A DNA stretch of 49,077 nt, taken from NCBI GenBank assembly GCA_002104905.1, contig MCFE01000660.1, forward strand, positions 1 to 49,077. The letters are read 5' to 3'. Of the stretch, positions 23,687-37,719 are shown piece after piece; position 1 is the stretch's first letter, and each line of letters begins with the position of its first letter. The stretch comes from Basidiobolus meristosporus CBS 931.73 (Eukaryota; Fungi; Basidiobolomycota). A program made the translations under genes and the position numbers. Under the pieces are notes generated by a model. The model ran no database searches and had not been told where the DNA came from. It worked only from the letters and a program-made list of their open reading frames with translations.

Positions 23687-26485
23687 TCTTCAACTTGGAG
23701 CCCACAAAATCAACTTCAGTCTCAACAGCTAATGGGGACTCTCACATAATCAGCTATACTACTTGGCCAGTAAGAATGAAGATTAACAACTATGAAGAAT
23801 GCCTACAGGCCTATATATTTGAGAACTGCAAGTTTGACCTTGTATCTGGAAAAACCTGCCTTTTTATTGTAATCTATCAATCAGCTGGAGAACCCATGGT
23901 ACTCAGATCCAGAGGGAGAACAAGACCAATGAGCTATTACCCACCAAACTGGATCTCAACTTGGTTAATGCCAGTGTTTGTGAAACAAGTGAGCTCATCA
24001 GGTAACAGTTCTGTGGAGCCCTTAGAGAAGGTACCCAAATGTTCCTCATGATGGTACTCCAGCATCCCAGAAAGTCTAGATCTTTAAGAAGGAATATTCA
24101 GACTTATTTTTGAAAGAACTTCTAAGCCTACCACCAGACAGAGATATGGATCATGCCATTGATACTGCAGATAGCAGCCAATGAGTAGACACCTTGCAGA
24201 ATGAGTCCCTTGGAGTTGGAAGAGACAAAGAGACAAATAGATCAATTATTGGAGCAAGATTATACCAGTTTGAGCAAGTCACCTTGAGGACACCTGTCCT
24301 TTTGTGTTAAAGAAGGATGAAGCACTTGAGATGTACATTGATAATAAAGCCCTCAACCCAGCTACTGTGAAGAATAAGTACCCCATACCATAGATTGATG
24401 AGCTTTTGGACCATCATGATGGAGTCACAATATTGAGCAAGATTGACCTCATGTCAGGATACAACCAGATTAGGGTGAGTCCAGAAGACCACCTTAAGAC
24501 AGAATACATGACCAGATATGAACACTAGATGTACTTAGTCATTAGCTTAAGTCTGACCAATGCCCCAGCAACATTCATGAACTTGATGCAAACAGTCTTC
24601 CAGGAGTGCTTAGACAGGTCTGTGGTAATCTTCCTAGATGACATATAGATATACAGCAAGATAGAAGAGGAAAATGTGGTGCACATTGAAAAGGTCTTAA
24701 AGTTGCTAAGAGAGAACATGCTGTGTGGCAAGCTAGCCAAGCGTGGATTCTTGAAGAAACATGCTGAATACCTGGGACACATAGTGACTAGCACAGGAGT
24801 GACCTTAGACCCAAAGAAGGATGAAGTTATCAAGAATCTGAAGCAGCCCCATAGCATATCTGATCTCAGATCATTCCTTGGAATGGTTATTGTTATCAGA
24901 TATGTGTCAAGTCCTTTGCAAGTAGTCCCACCCCTGTAACTGATTTTTGCAAGAAAGACAACACCAGGAAGTGGGACATAACCTGTGAGACTGCCTGTCA
25001 GATGCTCAAGAATGAACTTGCTAAGCTGCCAAGCTTAAGAATCCCCAACTTCCAAAAAGAGTTTACTCTGTGCACAGATGCTTCAGACCATGCAAATGCT
25101 GGAGTACTTAGCCAAGAACACAAGGGAAAGAACTACCCAGTTACTTTTAAGTTTTAGAAACTAAACTCAGCAGAACAGAACTATCTAGTGCATGAGAAGG
25201 AGACACTAGCCATAATCTACTGCCTAAAGACCTGGAGATGCCATGTTGAAGGAGTAAGGCACTGTGAAGACTGATCATGCCTCACTCAAGTAAATATTTA
25301 CTTATGATACTGTTCAGAAGAATGACACCATGAAGGGCTGAATTCAGCAAATTGACTTGGAGATTGTCTATTGCCCTAGGAAGAAAAACACAGGTGCTGG
25401 TGCTTTATCAAGACAAGTACAAGTTGCACAACTCAACCTGGTGCATGAATTGAATTGGCTAAGCTAGTATCTAAAGTACTTGGAGGACCAAGCCATTCTT
25501 AATGAGGTGAATGAAGAGATCAAGATGCTAATCTGGAATGAAGCCAGCAAATTTGGAGTAAAGGTTGAAAAACTCCATTAAATTGTCAATGGAAGCCCCA
25601 TTTACTATTGCCCTTATGTTACCTGCCTGGATTTAATATGTTAGCAACACAATGGATATGGGCATCTTGGAATTGAAGGGACCTGTAGCCCTGTGAAAGC
25701 TAGATCATGGTGGCACAGAATGAAACAAGATACTGAGAAGCTGGTGAAAGCATGCCCAAATTGCTAAATCAACCAAGGTTAACCACAGAGAATTGCTGAA
25801 CTCTTTCCCTTGGAGCCTGTGAGACCATTTGAGAGATTGGGAATTGACACTGATGGAAGACTGCCAACCACCATGAAACGCAACCATCAATCCTAGTAGC
25901 ATTTGACCATGCCACTAAATTGCCAGTTGCTAAAGTGGTACATGTAGCCAGTGAACAAGAAGTTGAAAGTATCATCTACCAAGAGAGCCTTATGAAGTTT
26001 GCATGCCCTGTAGAGATTTTATCCAATAGAAGGGCAAATTTGGTGGCAAAGATATTGGAAGCTCACCTGGAAATGCTGTAGATTAGATGCTCAAAAATCT
26101 CAGCATATTACCCTAGATCTAATGGAGTCACCAAGTGGCTTAATGGATTAAATGAAAAAAGCTGACAATTTAAAAGTGCTGAAAAGATGAAGTAGAGATT
26201 TGATAAGACAATAGCACCAGAATCATTGACAGATGGGAACTTTGTATTGTGGAGAAGCAACATTTGCAAGATGTTTCAGCTACAATGGACAGGACCATTC
26301 AAGATTATCACAGAATGTTCTTTTGCAACTCACCACTAGTGGACAATCCAGGAAATATTCACAAAGATTTAGTTCATAGAGACAGACTCAAGCTTGCAGG
26401 ATTTGCTGACAATACTGAACCATCAAGATTTTGGATTACAAGAGAAGATATTCTGGAGAACCCACTTAACTTTGGTAGCAACAAT
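23687..26485 (+). pseudogene. Heavily decayed family B pol (PR-RT-RH-INT), inverted relative to 20931-23686
   Basis: Nucleotide-level inverse homology throughout, for example kidlmsg, vtldpkk and hrdrlklagfadnt segments. Many stops and indels. Confidence 0.8.
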
Positions 26486-26852
26486 TGTTATGGTCTACCG
26501 TCTCAATGTTTAAGTTGGATCAGTTTGTAATCAAGTCAATTAGTCTTAAGTTTTGGCTATCAGCATATCAGTGTTATCTATCAAATCAATAATATTAGTC
26601 AACAAATGAGTCATCAGATCCTAATTTGACAGATATTGCTATATTAAGTAGAACCTGATTGAATAGTGATGGTGCAATTAAATGAGTCATCAGCCACCAC
26701 TTACATTATGAGGTACCATTAGTCAGCAATTGATATGGCAAGATCTAGATCAGGATCTGCTGGAACCTCAATAAAATCAGCTCAGTTTTAGTAATTACAA
26801 TACTAGCTGAAATCCCTGTTCCTGTACAACTCTTATATCAAGACTGGTAACA
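26486..26852 (+). mobile_element. Family B 3' LTR
   Basis: tgttatgg...ggtaaca. Inverse homolog of 20564-20930, similar length. Confidence 0.72.
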
Positions 26853-27049
26853 TGTTGATTTTCTACCCCCTGCTCTTGCCAAGCTCTGCTGCTAAAAATG
26901 CATCAGGCTTAAACAAGAATTAGCTTTATTGCAAGGCTCAACATAAGACTAGTCCATTTGACTAAAAACTGATCTAAGTTAAGCATGCAAACAGTTGAAA
27001 ATCCCACTAAAATATCACCAAAATATTGGCAATCATACAGTTATGCATA

Positions 27050-28000
27050 TGTGATCACTTACCCATCAGCTACTGATACAGAAGTTGATTGGTGGGTTCC
27101 AAGTTAATTCCAGCTTTCAAGGCAGATTGCGCTGACATGTACACAAATGATGCTCCTGACTCATTCAAGATACTGGCAGGTATTCCATTAACTGCTCCAC
27201 TCAAGTATAATAGTTTCTCTGAGTTTGAGGACATTTGAAATGGATATTCTTCTGTCACATGGAAATGAGCTTTGAGTCTTCTTTGAGCTCATCCTCCATG
27301 TTACTATGCTTGAGTACTTCAATATGGCTAGAGGGTCTTCATGACTGGTGTCCATTTCTTCTCTGAGGGCAGTACTTTGCAATATGTCCTTGCTTGTAGC
27401 AGCTGAAGCAAGGTCATTTCTTCTTACATTCTTCTGACACGGGACTCTATGGCATAGCATCTTATGCCATTGGCACTGCCTCTGGTTGGCTTTGTATGTA
27501 GTGAGCATAGCCTCTCTGTTTGGTCATTGTGGACTTCCCAACTTTATACATAGCTAAGTCATAGTCAAAGGCAAACTTAATGGCTACTTTAGTAGTCTGA
27601 GGTCTTTAATAATTGTCTTCTTTGCAGGTTCTTTGTTTCAATTCATCAATAAAGTATTTAACTTGATCCAGGGAGTCCATTCTCTTGGTTTGTCCAGGTA
27701 GACATCAATACTCATAGAGGATTCTTGAACCATTCCTTCCTGCCTGAGTGTCTTCAACTTCCTTCTTGGTAGTTGCTGCTGGTGGGGAGGTTCATAGGTA
27801 TTGTAAACTTCCAAGACAAACACATGCAAAGATAGATATTGCAGAGCATCCCATCATGGTGGCTAACCTGATCTTGTTGGGATACCACTGTAAAGCTGCA
27901 TTTGCTTAGTGAGAAGCTGCAATATGCAACCTGCTTTCTGGCGCAATGCATGTAGTCTTGTAAGCTTTGTCAATATGAAAGAACCAAGCTCCAAGGTCTT
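27050..28000 (-). pseudogene. Family B gag-protease remnant
   Basis: YEPPHQQQLPRRKLKTLRQEG, then LLYLSGAVNGIPASILNESGASFVYMS. Confidence 0.7.
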
Positions 28001-28789
28001 CATTGACTCTACAACAGTATGGATTGACCTTAATGTTAGAGTTGCTCTTGACAGGGTTTTGCAGGTTCTGAGCCATGGTAGTCATTAATTGTTGCTGCTG
28101 GTTGAGGATCTGATTTGATAGATAGCACTTAAATACTGATAGGCTAAAGGTGAAACCAACTGATTCGACTAAGATTTAAACATTGAAGCATGAATCATAA
28201 CAGTGGCAGCAAGCAATGCATAGCCAGAAAGAAAGTGGCAATTTCAGGTCTGTGAATGGGTCCTACCAATACTCAGACTAGTCCTGAATTGTTAAGGGAA
28301 TTTCTAGCTGCTGAACACTACCAAATATTCCAGAATTTCAACAGCAACATGAATGTCTCACTAATCTAAAAGGACTAAAGCAGTGCAAAGACTCCAAAAA
28401 GCTTTGCACAAGCTCAAGTTGGCACTGTTGAGGTATTACAGAGATGTATTGAATGTTAAATGGAGAATCAGAGGATTTAAAAGTTATTAACTTGCTGTGT
28501 TGTTTAATTACAACACAGAATTGGTACTTCTTGCAGGCCTATGTAAATGTAACTATTTGGTCAATATTAGTAGAGTCTCCATATTACATGTGCCAACTTT
28601 CAGCTTATATGAACTAGTTTCAAATTATTCCAGAATTCTCTGCTTCATCAATTCCTCACTACTTGCAAACATCTCACAAACTAATTTCTAAGTAAATTTT
28701 ATGAGATATTTCACTTGACTAAGTGCTGCTCATAATAAATGAATAGTTTTGTGGCCTCCTGAATATTTCAAATAATACCCAAAATATGG

Positions 28790-29150
28790 TATTACTACAG
28801 TTGTTAATTAAGAGTTTAGAGGAAAACAGAGTGTAGCTAGTATTTTATTTACTGAAGCTTAAACCAATTTCTTTGAGATTCCATCAGCTCCTCTGGTACA
28901 GCTTGTCAGACCAAGTGCTGACTAATACTGTTTTCCCATGTAGTTTGTGGCTGATTACACTTTGAGTTGAACTATTGTCACCCAATTACAACTTACTTAA
29001 ACTATAACTATTTGGTATGCTAAACGTCTACCAGTTCATTTATCATTAATACTACTGATATCACTGATAACACTGATATAAGAATATACTAGGCACGATA
29101 ATTTGACTAAAACTGAGCTTAATTATGCATTCAAGTGGTGAATTATGACA
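28790..29150 (-). mobile_element. Degenerate family B LTR (probable 5' LTR of 27050-28000)
   Basis: Colinear with 20564-20930 (actgata repeats, tttgactaaa, cattcaag.gg). Ends tatgaca. Confidence 0.55.
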
Positions 29151-30539
29151 TCTTCTTAAATCAACGCTGCAAGGGTTCTTAGATGTAACACTATCTTAAA
29201 AGCAGTGCTGAAGAAAACAAACTGACTATCTTGCAAGGATTTTTTGCAAAGACTAGCATAAAAAGCACTTGGCCTTGCAATACTGGGCAAAGACTATACA
29301 ATAAAGGAGGCTGTGAGTAGAAAATGGCATAGAGATGAAATGTTTCAACCAAAGCTATGGAAAATGACATCAGGGTGCAGATACTTTGAGAATTGTGAAT
29401 CACACTGAAGTTATTTCTTAGGTAAACATTTGAGTTCAATGTTGGTGCAGGGTATAATGACTTAAAAGGCTTGTAAAACTTATAGTTGAACTAGAATTGG
29501 AGATTCATTGGTAATAGCTAATTCATATGTACAGAAAGTAAGTGAACTAGTTAACTCAGTCAACACCTAATGTAAAAAAGAGACATTGGACAATCAATAT
29601 ACTCAAATGAAGGAGATGTTTGACTCTCTGTGATTGGATAGTGAGATAAATGGCAGAGAGACAATCAGGCTGGGTGCTGATCAATGCCAATTGTATCAAT
29701 GTGCATATTGTTTTATGCATTGGCAATACTTGGTCATCTGCAAAGTAGCTGGCTCTTCTAGGAAACTTGAATAGTATTGCTATCATATACAGTGGATCAA
29801 TGGGACTTACTTCATAACTTAAAGAAGTAATTATTATCTAAACTCCAACACTGCAAACATCATCATCCCACAGTGAAATGTACAAAAGTCTGTATGTAAT
29901 TGCAGCAGAACTTACATGCTATAATGCTTTGGCCAGAACAAGTAATTAAGCCAAAGCCAGGGTTACTTAAGATGGAGGGAATATCTAGCAGTGTTATGAT
30001 CTACCACTCCAAGATCTCATCATGAAGCCAGGATAATGCCTGCAACTGGAATTATTGAACCTCCTTGGGAACTTATGACTGGATTGTGGTGGTGCTTGCT
30101 GAGTCTACCACACAATAGATAAATGAGCTTAGCCTTGTCACAAAGGTCATGCAATGGGATCATGATGGCATACTCATGGCTTACACTTGTTTGAACAGAT
30201 CTAACCAGCCAGTACATCCAGCTGGCAAATATGTGAGAAAACTTGACAGTATTTTGACAGCCTTGTTGCAGACATATGTTGGCATTTGCATGGCAATGCA
30301 GCATCCTCAAGCTAGTCCTGTATAATGCTACCATATTAATTTACCAAAAGGTATTTCCTTTTGTTACCACCACTTGCCCCATTCATATATACCCTTATGG
30401 AGTCTCCCAAGCTTATTTGTATATCCATTACTACCATAGGTACCCCACATCAAGCTGTAGTCAGACAAAGCTATGGCCTCCCGGGTTATAACCTATAATT
30501 ATGTGCAAATCTGCTGCAATTGACATAGTTTTGTCACCT

Positions 30540-33500
30540 CAACTTTATGGCTTTTTAGTGTGATACTTGCAAAGCTGCCATATACCTTACATTGCAGTTA
30601 ACCAACAAATCTTGCCAACATATGTTTAGTTGCCACCACATTTGACATGGATACTCATGAATATCTTCAAAATACTTTTTGGTGCTTAGCCAATATATTC
30701 CCTCTCCCTGCTATATTCTAGCATCCCTTAAAATTGCACAGTAGCTCTTGGTTGAATGACTTTTGTACTGAATAGTGCCAATATCAGCCTTTACCTAAAA
30801 AACCTAGTATGCATTGGTATAGTTGTACTAATAAGAATTAAATGAAGCGCTAGCAACACATACAGCTTACCAATATATGCTCAGCTTCCATCACTTTTGC
30901 TGAGAATACCTTTTGCATAACTATAAAGTACTTATTGGTATATAAGCAATATGTTCTTTTTCTCTCTTATAGTCCAGTCCCCATAAGAAGTATGCCCTGG
31001 CTCTTGTTTGTGTAAATTCCATTTGAATAGTGTAGAAGCTGGCTGGTGACCTGGAGAAACCCAGTATAATCAGGTAAAGTTGTCCTAATGAGAAGTAGTT
31101 GCCTGTTGACCACAACTTGACTATGCTGTACTTAACAGATCACCCATGCATTGGTGCCACTTTGCTTCTTGGACACAGGTGTCTCCATGTACACATTGCT
31201 CCTCAGTATTATCCAACTCTTATTTGCAGTCCTGCATGTGCCTACTGATCAAATCCAAGATAGATTTGAATTTTATATTCTTGATGATATTAAAATATGT
31301 TTGTACTTGTAACTTGACTTGTTTTCTTATATTCCCACAAATCTGCACCATAGGATACCTGAAAAAGGTGAAGCAAGGTCCAACATTCTCCACACACCAG
31401 GCAAGATTGAGTACACAATGTCAGCAACAGTGGTAGAGCTCAACATGTGCAGCTCTATACCTGTAATGAAGCTTCTAAAATCCTGTCACCAACCCCTTGC
31501 ATAATAGCTGTAGAGGCATTTAGTAGATGTTGGTCATCAGCTTCTCGATAAGTACTTCTACAAGGTCAACATATGACTTCTGATACTTTTAATGTACTCA
31601 AGATAAAAATTGCATCAGAAGGCCAATTAAATAGATAAATTACCCAATTCTCCAGCCCATTCATTTGCATTTTTGTAAATGTCCTTATATAATAATTGGA
31701 GATTGCAAAACATACTTTGGAGTTGGATATTCTCAAATATCTTGCCAATTATATAGAATTTTACTAGTATATCAAGGGGCCCATATAGACTGAAGTGCCC
31801 CATGTACAACCTGGTAATAAAAACAGGGATTTTATTGAAGAGTGAATCGATCACTCCCAGCAAAGAGCTTTTGCTCCAAGTGCACAATTTATTATAGATA
31901 TCTCTGGTCTTAATCAAATCCGTATTCTGGCCAATGACTAATAACTTGCCAGCTTTGCTGCCTTTACTAGAAGACTTGAGTAAATTATCTCTGCAAGAAT
32001 AAGATATTCCTGAAACTGATGTTTGGACCACAATGATGTATGTGATGTATGGAGCAGATCCCCTAGATCTCACACATGTTACTGCAATACTGTCTACTGT
32101 GCTCAGCAAAGCTGGCTATCATGCTGATGGCTGGACTATCTCCACTGCAGATAATAATAAGAATTTGGACAATATTGTTATCGACTAGTCTTCTACTAGA
32201 TAGCATACAAAATCCATCTATCAATGAGCACAAGTAGCTACTCAGGTTGCGCAGTCATTCAGGCCCCTATATCAGTGATACTGCAATTAGATTTCTGCTC
32301 TGGTACTCTAATATTGACACCAATTTAGGTCAATGAGAATCAGCAGCCAGCAAGATTTGCTGGCAGAGTACTTGTGCAGTGAGAATCAATCAACTTATAA
32401 GGTAATGGCATGATCCTACATATCTTCAAGGTATTGCTTTTCTAATTAGCTGATTGTAATGTTTGCTATCAAATATATTAGCAATGCTTGCACTTGATTT
32501 ACACTCAGTATAGTATTTTATAGATTCAGCCTTTTTGTTTTGCTGCATGAGCTTCTTGATACATAGTTTTACTGGAATATATTTGAGTTGTGAGCTTTGT
32601 TTTACCCCTGTGGTTGCATATTTCTGACAAGTTAGACACCCGCAATGTTGGCATATTTGGATATGAATGCCATTTACTGTTGGCACATACTGGTATCAGG
32701 GCGGTCTCTGGGTCATATATTGCCAGGTGCATGATAGTTTTCCATTTGTACTAAACACATGGTGAGTCATATCCAAGAATGATCTTGGCAAGAATTAGCA
32801 GGAAATCATCAATGCCCACACTGCCAAAATTGGTGGAGGTACACCACTTCTCTAGCCACAAGTTTGCATCATTCATATATAGATTAAATACTTGGCTCAC
32901 TTGGCTCACTTGGCTACTTAGAATATCCTTGGCATTTTTTCCACAGCTACTGTCTCACTACACATTGGAACATTGCCAGGCTTATCAAGGGTTCTCTGGC
33001 AACAGGAGACTGACTCATTATCTATCAGTGAGTCTTGATCTTCAGAGCTATCACTCTGTAGGCTATATGCAGAAGGTTAAGGTGAGCCTAAAGGCATCAC
33101 ATATTGACATGAATCAGTTTACATAAAATTATAAGTACAGCTGAGCATTGTTGCATGAGTATTAAATGGCAGGCAAAATATTGTTGGTACAGCAATGATT
33201 GATGAATGCTCAAATATGACTTGTGTGGCAAAGTACTGGCCATTTTCCTTGCAATACTACCTATACTATCTATGTGTCTCATGGCAGAGAGGCATGTTAC
33301 AATAACCATTTGGTTGTTTTCCTTCTTTTACAGTGTTGAATCAAAGAAGTCTTGTTCATGGGGCAAAGTGCTTAACACTCAATATTGCAATGCTATTATT
33401 TTCCTGTTCCCAGTACTCATGTGGCTTCAGACATTCTTACATTTGAGATATTATGACAATATGAATGTAAGATGCAATGATGATCCATTAGGGTAAACAT

Positions 33501-33620
33501 TACAAATAAAGATGTGACACCATATACACACCTAATTGTATCTCTGTTCTCCATTTGGTTTGGTTCACTTGTATATATATGCCACCATGCAATATAGCTT
33601 AGTTCGGTAGCTCCCAGCCA
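30540..33620 (-). mobile_element. Decayed CACTA transposase copy including its 3' region
   Basis: YDPETALIPVCANS, CQHCGCLTCQ and NIFDSKHYNQL homologous to 39477-40133. 30540-31050 matches the 3' segment also seen at 10420-10602 and 43400-43680. Confidence 0.65.
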
Positions 33621-34289
33621 ATGCTCCCCTTGATTAAAGGCAGAAAAGCAGCAGGACAATCATTTAATGGCCCGGAAACTGCTAAGTGGATAGCTAGATA
33701 TCCAATGACTAATCAGTTAGATTGACTTAGATGATCAGTTGATTATAATGATCACATGAAAATTGATAAGGTGTGACAGCTACCATACATTTTGAGATGA
33801 GATAAATAAGCCATAACTTGGATTAGTAAGATTTTGGTCAGGGAATATCCGTTAGGGCACTAGATTTTTTAACATATTATAGTTGGCAAAGTTTCAAGTG
33901 TTGATACATAGAGTGTTCTAGACTTCTGTTGGATTCTTGAATATTAGCCCATTCTTAATCATTACACTCCATGGCTAAACGGATCTTTAATGTCTTTCAA
34001 TCTCTAGGCTTGGGTGTAAGAATGACAGTTGCTCCCTCATATGTTGTGGTAAGTTTTTTGTGGGCATTATCTTTGGGCACTATTGTGCTGCTTTAAAACA
34101 GATGCATTAGCCCTCTGCTGCTACATTAAGAAATGAATCCATTGCTGGCTGTGACATTGGGCTATTTGTGCTCCTTCCTTGCAGCTTGGATATTCTATTC
34201 TCTACCTTTGGTACTGTCTGCTCTGCATGTTTCATCAGCTCATCCTGTCTATGGACAGCTTCCCATATAACTTGGTCATCACAACAGTA

Positions 34290-37200
34290 CCCAAGTGCCT
34301 TCTGCTTGGTCCTCTGGCAATTCTCTGCTTACAAATCCACATTACTCAATCATCTCCTATGTCTGTGTACCTTGATTGGCTGTTGCCTCTTTTCACACCC
34401 CTTATATCATGACTCATCTAGTATTCTTACATTTCATATGTACAAGTTGATTTATTTTTGTTGAAACTTCAGATGTACCTCAAATGCCAATTGCATTGCC
34501 CTGCACAAGTCCCTATACCCCGCTCCAACTTTAAGCCTAAGCCAATACTAAACAAGTAAATGCAGTAAAATCCACCATTCAGTAAGCATCTTTGCTGTAA
34601 TGCCCTTTTTCCATGACTTTAGTGGGCACCCTGCAGCTTTATGTCACCATTAACTTACTGGTTCCCATATATAGACATCCTACAGTCTCTTGAGTAGTTG
34701 CCCACTCTTCATCATTGTGCTCAATGGCTTTGCAAATCATCAGTGTCTTTTGATTTTTAGGATCAGACATGAATACCACACTCCCTGCCTTCTATGCTGT
34801 GATGGATTTTTCTGTGGGCTTTATCTTTGGAAACTGTAGTTGTGCTTCAATGACTGTGCAGCGTTCCTCTACTCTATCATTGGTGAACAGCTCATTTCTT
34901 GGCTGTGACATTGAGATACTTGAGTTCCCTCGTTGCAGCAAAGAATCTGTATTCTCTACCTAGGTTATTGATTGCTTTTTGTATATTATTGCTCATCCTG
35001 TTTTGATACTATTTCCTAATTTTCTGGCCCATCACTTCTATCCTTTCAGCCACTGCATCTTATTGCTCATTAGTGCCCTGATATGAGTTGACAGTATACT
35101 TGCTAAACTGGGTGGTGGTGATTTTGTGAAGGCCACTTGCCTGTCTTCAACCTGAATGCACAACTTTTGCTACATTCTCATCTGTCTGAACATTGTGGTC
35201 AGCTTATGGCTTGGCAGAGATTCTCATTTGTTTACTTAACCAAGAGCCTGAGGAGTCCACAGTATTACCTTTAGTAGGCACACAGTCAACATTTACTTTT
35301 TTGAATGTAGCCCTTCTGGTTACATTGAATGCAAAAGCAAGCTGTTGTATAGCCATTCTCCTGCTGCTTTGAACTGTGGGGTTGAGTTGGGAAGCAGAAG
35401 GCTTTGCTTTATTTTTTGGTGGCATACATATTTTAGTGACTTAAACTAAAGGAGAGAAATTGTTACAAAGTGTGTGTATGTGGTGCCACAGCTTTATTTA
35501 TAATGACTACAATGGCAGGTTGTCATTGAATCTTATGTCCATGCTGGTACAATGTCTTAAATACTAGACTCTCATAAATTCACGTGAGTATTGACCAAAA
35601 GTGATGTAATAGTATGATGCTGTTGATTGTCAAACTATTTGCCCCATAGCAAAGACTACTTTGATTTAGCAACATAAGTGAAGAGAAAAAAGAACATGTG
35701 GCTATTGTGACTAGCCTCTCAGCCACAAAGCACTCAGACAGCATAGAAAGTATCTGAAAGAACACAAACAGTGCTTTGCCACACAAGTCTTGTTTGACCA
35801 TTGATCAGTCACTACTGTAAAGCAATACCTTGTCAGCCACTTGATATTTGTATAATGGCACCCAGCTTACTTGTCACCTTGCACAAACTAAGCCAGGTGA
35901 GTATGTGACACCTATAGGCTCACCTCAGCCCTGGGAAAATAGCATGCAAAGTGAAAGCTCTGAAGACAAAAGGCTAACTGATAGATTGTGAGCCCCTGAA
36001 AGAGTGTGGTGGTTTCAATATGAAAGGAGACACCACCTGCAGAAGAAAATGCCAAGGACACCTTATGGAGCCAAGTGAGCCCTGTAATTCATCTACTGGC
36101 CAATGATGTGATGTTGAGGCCCAAAAGGTGGTGCATTTCAATAAACATCACTAATGGGTGCCTTGAGGAATTACTATTACTCTTGCCAAAACCTTTCTGG
36201 AAGCAACTTACTATGTACTCGGTACAAATAGGAAACTGTCATGCAAATAGCAATATATGGCCCTGTGATCATCCTGGTACTACCATGTATCAACTATTGC
36301 ATAGCATTCACATTAAAAAATGCCACCATTGTAGGGTGTCCAACTTGCCAGGAATCCACTACCATTAGAGAAGAATATTGCTCACTCCACAGAAAAATCA
36401 GTAATACCCCATTTGAAGAAATTCAAGCAGTCCAACAAATATTGTGAAGCTATAAAGAACTGCACTCCACCTGAATAAAGTGCAAATATTTCCAATATAA
36501 TTGATAACAAACATTACAAACAACTAAGAAGAAAGGGCTAATATGAATGTGTGTATTGCCATGCCTTTGCTGTGCAACTTGATGGATATTCATGAAACAA
36601 GTAATCTACCAGCAACTCCTACTGGCCACTGATTTTCAGCAATGTGAATCTGCTGTCTATCTTACAGTAGCAAAGCAGAAATCTAGGGCCTAAATCACCA
36701 TGCTTACTATACAGCAGCATACCACTGAATGGCCATGATATCAATGCACATATTACTATTTGTATTGGAGATGCACAGCTGTCCAAAAGATAGCCTGTAT
36801 TTCTGGGACAATGACTTGCATTGCTATTGAATGTGTGAGAATGTACAGAAGTTGGCATGTTGCTGCAGCAAGGTTGGCAAACTCTTAGCCATTGGCTAGA
36901 ATATCAAATTAACTGGAAACTGAGATACTTAAGATAAAGGAGATCAAATGGAGCAAAAGATGTCCACTGAGAGCAATGCATTTTTATTTCTACAATATCC
37001 CTATACTAATGACTAAGTTGTACAAAGGATAGTTGAGCTGAATGACCTATTCAAGAAACTAAAGAAATATGAAAGAATTGGCAATGTGCCACAAAGTATC
37101 TGCAACTAAAAGTATGTCTCACAGGCCCAGTTAATATTCACACCAATATGCGACAATACAAATGAAAGGACTGGATGAGCTAGATATGTATGTATTCATG

Positions 37201-37531
37201 TGACCTTCTGAAGCCATTTATACTAATAGTCCATTGGAAGCATTGAGAGCTATATGCTGACATTGTAGGAATATTTATGCAAAAGCAGATTGCTAATGCT
37301 AACTAAATACATCTACAGCTTTTATGAAAGGAGTTTGTGACAGGATTTGAGTGCTTTACTACCAGCATAAAGCTGCCCCAGTAGATCTCTGCCACCACTG
37401 TATTCATTTTCTACTCCATCTTGCTCAGTGTGCAGAAAATACTGGGCCTTGCTTCATCTTTTGGGAGCTTCCTATTGAGCTGATGTGAGAGAGAAAGGAA
37501 GACCAACCAAATTGCAGGCACCTCCATATCC
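34290..37531 (+). mobile_element. CACTA-like element: accessory gene on minus (~34620-35425) and transposase remnant on plus
   Basis: ORF 35204-35425 MPPKNKAK... is a homolog of 40617-40871. Transposase is colinear with 4050-5599 and 9868-10220. Confidence 0.68.
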
Positions 37532-37719
37532 TAGTCTAATCCAACTCATCACATCCATGATAGACTTGAAGGTAATATTCTTGCTGAGATTGGGATATGG
37601 TAGTTCCTGCAACTTGACTTGTCTTCCTATCTCCCCACACATTTGTTCCATAGGAAACTCCCAAAAGGTGAAGCAAGGCCCAATATTCTCCACACACTGT
37701 GCAAGATGGAGTAGAGAAT

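Noticed and set aside
32889-32920. Short tandem cttggctca x3
   Set aside because: Local slippage inside a decayed CACTA copy, not conserved in sister copies.
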